A DNA stretch of 64,000 nt from Eledone cirrhosa (taxonomy: Eukaryota), in assembly GCA_964016885.1 (NCBI GenBank), contig CAXHJY010000753.1:62001-126000 (forward strand), given 5' to 3'. Under the pieces are notes generated by a model, which was given only the letters and a program-made list of their open reading frames with translations, was not told the origin of the DNA and searched no databases. Numbering within the stretch: the first letter of the stretch is position 1; every line of letters starts with the position of its first letter. Both the position numbers and the translations under genes were made by a program. Shown here in pieces: positions 56,911-64,000 of this stretch.

Positions 56911-57634
56911 TATATATATATATATATATAAACTAATTGCAGCTACCCTGATACAACAGAGATATTTGCTGTGCCAGTGTGTTGATTCTGCTATCTGGGA
57001 TATATTGACTTGACTCCTTTTACATTTCGTGAAACGATGACTTCAATAAATTCTAATATTATTTCTACTAATTTAGACTCCTTGTGTGCTGTGGTTTAAA
57101 AATATCTTTTTAATATTTTCAAACTGACAGAAATTGCATATAACCACTATATGTCTTACTGCTATTGTTTACGTAATGCAGACCATTGCTAAACTGATAT
57201 AACATAGTAATCGTCGATCATATACCAAGCTGCTTGAGAATAAGCAGCTTCCTGAGATAAAACAGGCCCACGACACTGCTACAGCCGTAGTTATATTTAC
57301 AGTTGCTCTAAATATACAGTTACGTATTTAACCACATTTCCTACCTTGTGCCACCGAACCTGTAATTAGTCAAGGTAAGATGTATATTTTTACAGAGCAT
57401 TTGTTATTATTCCAATACGGCAAGGCCTAATGGATTCCCCTTGCAGTACGTACAATCTGGACACTCACACACACCTTGGTCTTATGCCAATACTATATAT
57501 CATTTCACACCTTTTATTATTAAGGTTTTTGATGTTCTATTGAGAGAATCGTTTTTACTGAAAATATCGAATAATGTACACCATTTTTACCAGTATCACA
57601 AAAATACTGGTCCACCCACACACACACACATTCT

Positions 57635-57674
<40 letters not shown>

Positions 57675-57711
57675 CACACACATACACACGAGTACATTAA
57701 CATACAAAGAG

Positions 57712-57817
<106 letters not shown>

Positions 57818-57926
57818 CTCCGTATAAGACAAGAGCTGAAAAATATCTTTTAACATGTTAAAATATCCCCCACACACGTACAGACACATTCCTACTGACC
57901 ATCCCTCTACCACGAATTACTCTGCT

Positions 57927-57960
<34 letters not shown>

Positions 57961-58139
57961 TTGTCTTAATAGGCATTTGAACTGTCAGCAGGCTGCGGTT
58001 CGCACACACATCCCTGCTGACCATTATCACAACAACGAACCTCTTTACTACTACTACACACACACATATTTGTCTTGAAAGACTTATTTTTCAGTGACTT
58101 CTCAATCAGCCGAGACAAACCTATATTTGGCGCAAAATC

Positions 58140-58438
58140 AATTTTTAACATTCACATGACCTCTACCGACCAATCAAAATTGTTTTGACCACAATCATTT
58201 TTTCATACATCTGGAGCCACTTTTTTTACATATAACAGGTAGAATTTCCAAAACTAATCAGATTAGAGCAAACATCACGGGCGTTCTATCTCAAAATTAT
58301 TTTTGAAAAGCATTAGAAATGCACAACCGGTAAAACTTAAAATGAAAACTGAATACTAACCAATACTATTACTTATTCCTAATTAAACTATTTTTCACTG
58401 GGAACAATTTGTCAGCATTTTCTTTTCCTTTTACCAAT
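58140..58438 (+). mobile_element. Family E pseudo-LTR / Neptune-like 3'UTR remnant
   Basis: 58262-58438 matches 45911-46107. Upstream CCAATCAAA..GAGCCACTTTTTT resembles 32645-32700. Confidence 0.7.
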
Positions 58439-58456
58439 ATATATATATATATATAT

Positions 58457-59106
58457 AGTTTTAATATAGATGAGATTCTACAGGACTAGAACTGTTTCAT
58501 TCTTTAGAAATCATCAGGAATCTGGGTATCAAAAAATAAATATGGTATTTATAGGTCTCTTCCGGTGGTAGGAGAGGGTAGAGAGTGGGATGGGTAGAGG
58601 TCATTGGTTGATGGAAAAGGGAATTCATTAAAAGCTAATTCTTCAAAGCTATAGTTTATATTTAGAGTAACAAAGGCAGAAAGAATTCTATAAACAAGTT
58701 CAGAATGGGGTGCCACTCCTTATTTTTAACTTTCTCTTAAGCTAACAATGCCTAGATTTCAGGTGTCTATAAGATCATTGAGGGTCAGTCATGGTTCCCA
58801 TTCTGAACTTGTTTATAGAATTCTTTCTGCCTTTGTTACTCTAAATATAAACTATAGCTTTGAAGAATTAGCTTTTAATGAATTCCCTTTTCCATCAACC
58901 AATGACCTCTACCCATCCCACTCCCCACCCTCTCCTACCACCTGATAAATACCATATTTATTTTATATTACCCAGATTCCTGATGATTTCTAAAGAATGA
59001 AACAGTTCTAGTTCTGTAGAATCTCATCTATATTAAAACTTTTATACTCTGCAATGTATTGAGTACCTTACTTACTGTGGTTACCTCCGATTCAACCCGG
59101 AATAAC

Positions 59107-59108
<2 letters not shown>
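58457..59108. mobile_element. Fold-back element, ~250-bp arms, two hammerheads, tail (family F)
   Basis: Arms 58457-58709 and 58797-59040, tail 59041-59108, TA-flanked. Confidence 0.88.
58974..59024 (+). ncRNA. Type-I hammerhead motif with complete 4-bp stem III
   Basis: AGATTC-CTGATGA-T-TTC TAAA GAA-T-GAAA-CAG TTCTAGTT CTG-TA-GAATCT. Mirror copy at ~58470-58520 (-). Confidence 0.8.
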
Positions 59109-59149
<41 letters not shown>

Positions 59150-59175
59150 ATGTATATATATATATATATATATTG

Positions 59176-59240
<65 letters not shown>

Positions 59241-59251
59241 GTATATATATG

Positions 59252-59330
<79 letters not shown>

Positions 59331-59331
59331 G

Positions 59332-59382
<51 letters not shown>

Positions 59383-59383
59383 G

Positions 59384-59452
<69 letters not shown>

Positions 59453-59455
<3 letters not shown>

Positions 59456-59670
59456 AACGAGTAGGACCCCGACGGCTGAGCTCAAGCCGTTTCGACGGCT
59501 AATTCTGGACGGCTAATTCAGTCCAGAATTGGCCGTCCAGAATCAGCCGTCGAGACGGCTTGGGCTCAGCCGTCGGGGTCCTACTCGCTCCTATTACCCA
59601 CTCTACTACCCTAAGTATTGAGTACTTTGGTGCGTTATGGTCCACCTGGTTGCTTACCACATTTCCTCCG

Positions 59671-59672
<2 letters not shown>
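59453..59672. mobile_element. Family C fold-back with tail
   Basis: Arms 59452-59519 and 59526-59593, with an internal 14-nt stutter. Tail 59595-59672. Confidence 0.82.
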
Positions 59673-59716
<44 letters not shown>

Positions 59717-59814
59717 GGAAAAAATGAAACGAAATTTCATTTCCCACTCTTAGTACGGCTGTTACTTAAATATAATACATACTACTGTACGTCTGTATGC
59801 ATGTATGTATGTAC

Positions 59815-59852
<38 letters not shown>

Positions 59853-59854
59853 TA

Positions 59855-60002
59855 TTGCCATGCTTTCCAGCATAGTTACGTCCCTTTACGATCTGAATTC
59901 AAATCCAGCCGAGGTTGACTTTGCCTTTCATCCTTACGAGGTCGATAAAATAACGTACCAGTAATGCACTGAGTATTTGCTGGCCTTGTGCCTAAAGTAG
60001 AA

Positions 60003-60041
<39 letters not shown>

Positions 60042-60215
60042 GGCAGTATCGGTAGAGGGTGGAACGTCATGCTTTGACGCATAGAGTTACGGCCCTTTCC
60101 ATTCTGAGTTCAAATCCCGCCTTTCATCCTTACGGGGTCGAGAAAATAAAGTACCAGTAATGCACTGGGATAATTGCCTAACCTTTTGCCAAAAGTAGAA
60201 ACAATTATTATTATT
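59855..60215 (+). mobile_element. Two partial SINE K copies separated by (ATT)n
   Basis: Match 50167-50357. Confidence 0.8.
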
Positions 60216-60494
60216 ATTAGAATGCTAGAATGCTGTTGAAGTGTGTATACATTTCTTTGGACACCCTGTATATATATATCATTCTAATAAAAAATATGTA
60301 TATATTTTGGGGTACACTCTGTATATATATATAATCACACTAGTTTTGTTTGCCCCGTGTTTTCTTTTTTTTACTTTCTTCCACCCTTTGTTTATTTTAA
60401 TTTATAATCTCACACGTTTTGTTTCTCACCTTGTTTTAGTTGCGTCCTTATTAACTCTCTCTCTCCCTCTCTCTCTCTTCTCTCATCATATATA

Positions 60495-60527
<33 letters not shown>

Positions 60528-60609
60528 CGTGTGTGTATGTGTGTGGGTTTGTATGTGTGTGTGTATGTGTGTATGTGTATGTGTGTTCGTATGTCTGTGT
60601 CTGTGTGTC

Positions 60610-60645
<36 letters not shown>

Positions 60646-61109
60646 TGTGTGTAATATATATTGCTCTATGGTTCTTATATATTTGATATATATTTTCCTT
60701 ATCGAGCCCTCTTTGGATTTTAGTCTTCAATTTTATTATTATTACTATATTTATAATATATATATATAAACAGTATCTAAAACCATAAAGCCCTAAGAAA
60801 AAAAATCGCTTATGAACTTTGGACATACCACATGAGAATTCATCTACAACTTAGGCTTTTATGAGCATATCTAAGCCTAATTGCAAATCTGTTTATATAA
60901 GTGCTTTTGCAACAAGGTATGAATCCTCTTGTGTTATAAACTCTTGTGCAGGGTACACCACAGTGTATATAAAACGTTGGTTATAAATGTGAAAGTTTAT
61001 GGCATAGATAAATATTTAAATCTTTTTAAATACATATATTCATAAATTACCAATTATTAGATTATTTCAAAATCTAAAACTATAAATTTCCATGATCAAG
61101 GCATAATGA

Positions 61110-61690
61110 CTTCCAATTTAGGCGTAAGTCCGGTAAATTTGGTACTTTGTATTATAGAGCCGGAAGGATGAAAGGCAAAGTTGATCTGCGCGGGATTTGA
61201 ATGTAGTGAACAGAATTCTGCACTAGTATTTTATCCGACACTCTACCATTTCTGCCAAACCACCAGTTTAATAATATGTATAATTGAGGAATAACCGCAT
61301 GTATTTATTATTAACTACATTATAAGGGCGGTGGATTGGCAGTTTCGGTAGAGGGTCGGACGCCATGCTTTGCAGCATAGAGTTACGACCCTTTATGATC
61401 TGAGTTCAAATCCCGCCTTATGGGGTCGATAAAGAAACCATTATTTACTACTTTATAGATGGCGGTTGGGAGTCGGCAGTATTGGTGGAGTGTTGGATAA
61501 AATGTTTTTGTGGTATTTAGTGGTATTTAGTTCTGACTTTCTGTTTTATGTATTCAAATCAATCCGAAGTCAACTTTGCTTTTCATTCTTCCGGGGTTGA
61601 TAAGATAAAGTACCAGTAAAGCCTTGAGTCTATATTATCGATTTTCCCAACCCTACAAATTTCTGGCCTTGTACTTATATTAAAAATCAT
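61110..61690. mobile_element. Cluster of three SINE K-related copies (61110-61270 minus; 61325-61435 and 61460-61690 plus)
   Basis: B box and central domain are recognisable in each. Confidence 0.7.
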
Positions 61691-62332
61691 TATTACCTAC
61701 ATTACATACGGTATTGGTTTTATTAGAGAAAACAAACTTATTGTTGTTGATCTTAATGTTCATTATGTCAACGCCAAGCTTGTATTGAAAATAGCTAAAT
61801 TACTTATAGAAGTTGAGGTTTACTATTCAATTTAAGAAGTAATCTTTATATGCTTAACTGAGAAATGTCTTGTTTTGACACCATAGTTTTTCTGTGGTTA
61901 TATCCATAATATTCAAATCATAAAAGAGGGCATTCCAGCACATACGTTTCAACACAACCTCGAGTTTCTGAAGTAAATTCCGCATTAATTAATATTATAT
62001 CAATTTATAATAACCCCAGAGATATAGCATAATGAAATATATCGAATAATATAAAGGAAATGATGTTTGAAGATAAATCAGGTATAAGATATAATTTATT
62101 ATATTATAGCTCTGAATTTAGTTTAATTAAATCTATAAATCTGTCTTTCTATCTCCCTATTGAACGGTCTGCTGTCTATTCATACGCACACAACCATGTA
62201 TACTCTTACACACATTCACACACAGATTGATATAAACACGCAGATACAAACACAAACAAATACACATACACAGGTACATGCACACGCACATGTACACACA
62301 CACGCATACAGTGTCATATGTAAATATATATA

Positions 62333-62428
<96 letters not shown>

Positions 62429-63099
62429 AGTGCGAACTCGCTATATTTATGATAAAGTATTTGACTTGTTACATGTTACATATGTGCATGGATATGTATG
62501 TATATACTCATAGAGAGAGAGATATAGCTAGATAGATAGATAGAGAGAGATAAACTGCTACAAGCTGAGACTAGTAAAACTATTATTCAACTTAGTACTC
62601 CATACTTTAAGTAATGCAGATTGTAGATAATATAAGATAGATATGCCCTACGGTCTAGCTTAAACCGTTTCGGTGGCGATGTGTGTAAAATCATATATTT
62701 GTTCATATGTATGTGTATGTTTATAACGCAGAATCTTTACGCTTAATGCAGATATCTACTGTCAAAATATAAATATGCTTCCAGTAATATTAAGTAATCT
62801 ATTCCAGTTCGGACTTTCACCTTCCTGTTGTGATTTGATGTATTTCAAAGAGCAGTAATAAGAATATGAGCAACATTCTCTAAGAAAAAAACATACCCAT
62901 TTCTTTGCAGATTCCTCATATTCATATTTCAGGTAAAAAGCAAAATATTATCTTAGTGCTGACAGCTCACTCAATTCTCCTTGAATGATAGAATGCTGTG
63001 ACATCTTAGAATTTTATTCACTCAAATTGCTTTTGTTGTTGTTGATGCTGCTGTTGTAGTCACTAGTACATTTACATTTTTCTCATTGTTTATTGAAAG

Positions 63100-63530
63100 T
63101 TATTGGAGTAGCTAACACATTAGAGCGGCGGAAAGAATATTTCGAGCTATGGAGTTACGAGATCAAATTCCGCTGGTATATCTTTGACCTTCATTGATTT
63201 AAATAAAGTACCAGTAGCTACTATAGTTAATTTAACAATATATGGCAATATCTTCACAAAATATGGCAATATCTCGCTTATGTTGGAAGTTATTCTTAGT
63301 ATTGTTGTTATTTCAGGGTATATTAAAGTCGCTAGAGCACCAGATACATGCGTATCAGTGTTTGATCCGAATCTTTAAGTTCTGCGTTCAAATCCCGCTG
63401 AGGTCAACTTTGCCTTTTGTCCTTCCGTAGTCAATAAAATAAAGTACCATTCAAATACTGGCTCGATTTAATCGACTTGTGTCTGCTTCAATCTTTGCTC
63501 GCCTTGTGCCTAAATTAGAAGTAAGTATTA
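63100..63530 (+). mobile_element. Two diverged SINE K-related copies
   Basis: GTTCAAATCCCGCTGAGGTCAACTTTGCC..AAAATAAAGTACC..GCCTTGTGCCTAA at 63385-63515. A weaker copy lies at 63120-63220. Confidence 0.65.
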
Positions 63531-64000
63531 GTATTATTGTTTTCATTATGGTGATGAATGTGGTGATATTATTTCCTATGTGCATTTTTTATCTTTAATA
63601 TTTCTGAATAGTTATTATTTCCGTCATTTGTAGTCAAAATCATTTTTTAATCTCTTTTTTTAGTTTCTTTCGTAGTAATCTGTGGTAATTAATACTAGTA
63701 TAGCTATTCTTACATAATTAAAAATTAATCTACAGCTGTCACTCGCAAACGAGTCGCACATGATACTATGCACCATAATTTCAGTAAGGGTTTTCAGTCA
63801 AGTATCAATGCTGTTCCAAGCAGAAACAAAAACCTTCTTGACCATTCTTTCTTTGATCCAGCAAAGTATTCAGAATGTGACAGCTGAAAGGAGACGGGAA
63901 CTGCATTAAGTTGGTATTTTCTATAATAAACACAATGATTAAAAGCGAAATGAAACACTGGACAAAATTCGAACTTAGAAAGCAGAGAACTAGAACTAAT

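Noticed and set aside
62900-62940. Possible 22-nt micro-exon (TTCTTTGCAG...CAG/GTAAAA)
   Set aside because: Such motifs arise by chance; cannot be supported without transcript data.
63732-63886. 10-bp inverted termini CAGCTGTCAC/GTGACAGCTG, or a minus-strand splice acceptor
   Set aside because: Single copy with a short TIR and all frames closing quickly; too weak to call a MITE or an exon.

Overview
AT-rich, microsatellite-saturated animal DNA, most likely cephalopod (octopus-like, judged from the SINE types, RTE/Dong LINEs and (TA)n density). No host protein-coding gene can be supported, and nearly all short ORFs in the track are translated microsatellites. The one long intact ORF (648-4193) is an RTE-clade LINE with APE endonuclease, RT and three C-terminal C2H2 fingers. 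Two non-autonomous 5'+3' bipartite derivatives of it lie elsewhere in the window. Other remnants are a decayed RTE with an 11-bp TSD, Dong/R4-like and Tx1/L1-like 3' ends in tri/tetranucleotide repeats, a pogo remnant, a MITE and two tRNA-SINE families. The dominant hidden structure is a community of Penelope-like retroelements (four Hydra-type and one Neptune-type GIY-YIG remnants) plus about a dozen families of short non-coding derivatives, almost all sitting in (TA)n. These carry more than 20 type-I hammerhead ribozyme motifs, many with non-canonical cores, and often form long fold-back palindromes. Across sequence-unrelated families they share a bulged RCTC...GAGY hairpin just past the inversion breakpoint. 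Several junctions show reiterated arrays or inverted copies of the target flank. All structures were read by eye; none were folded or searched computationally.
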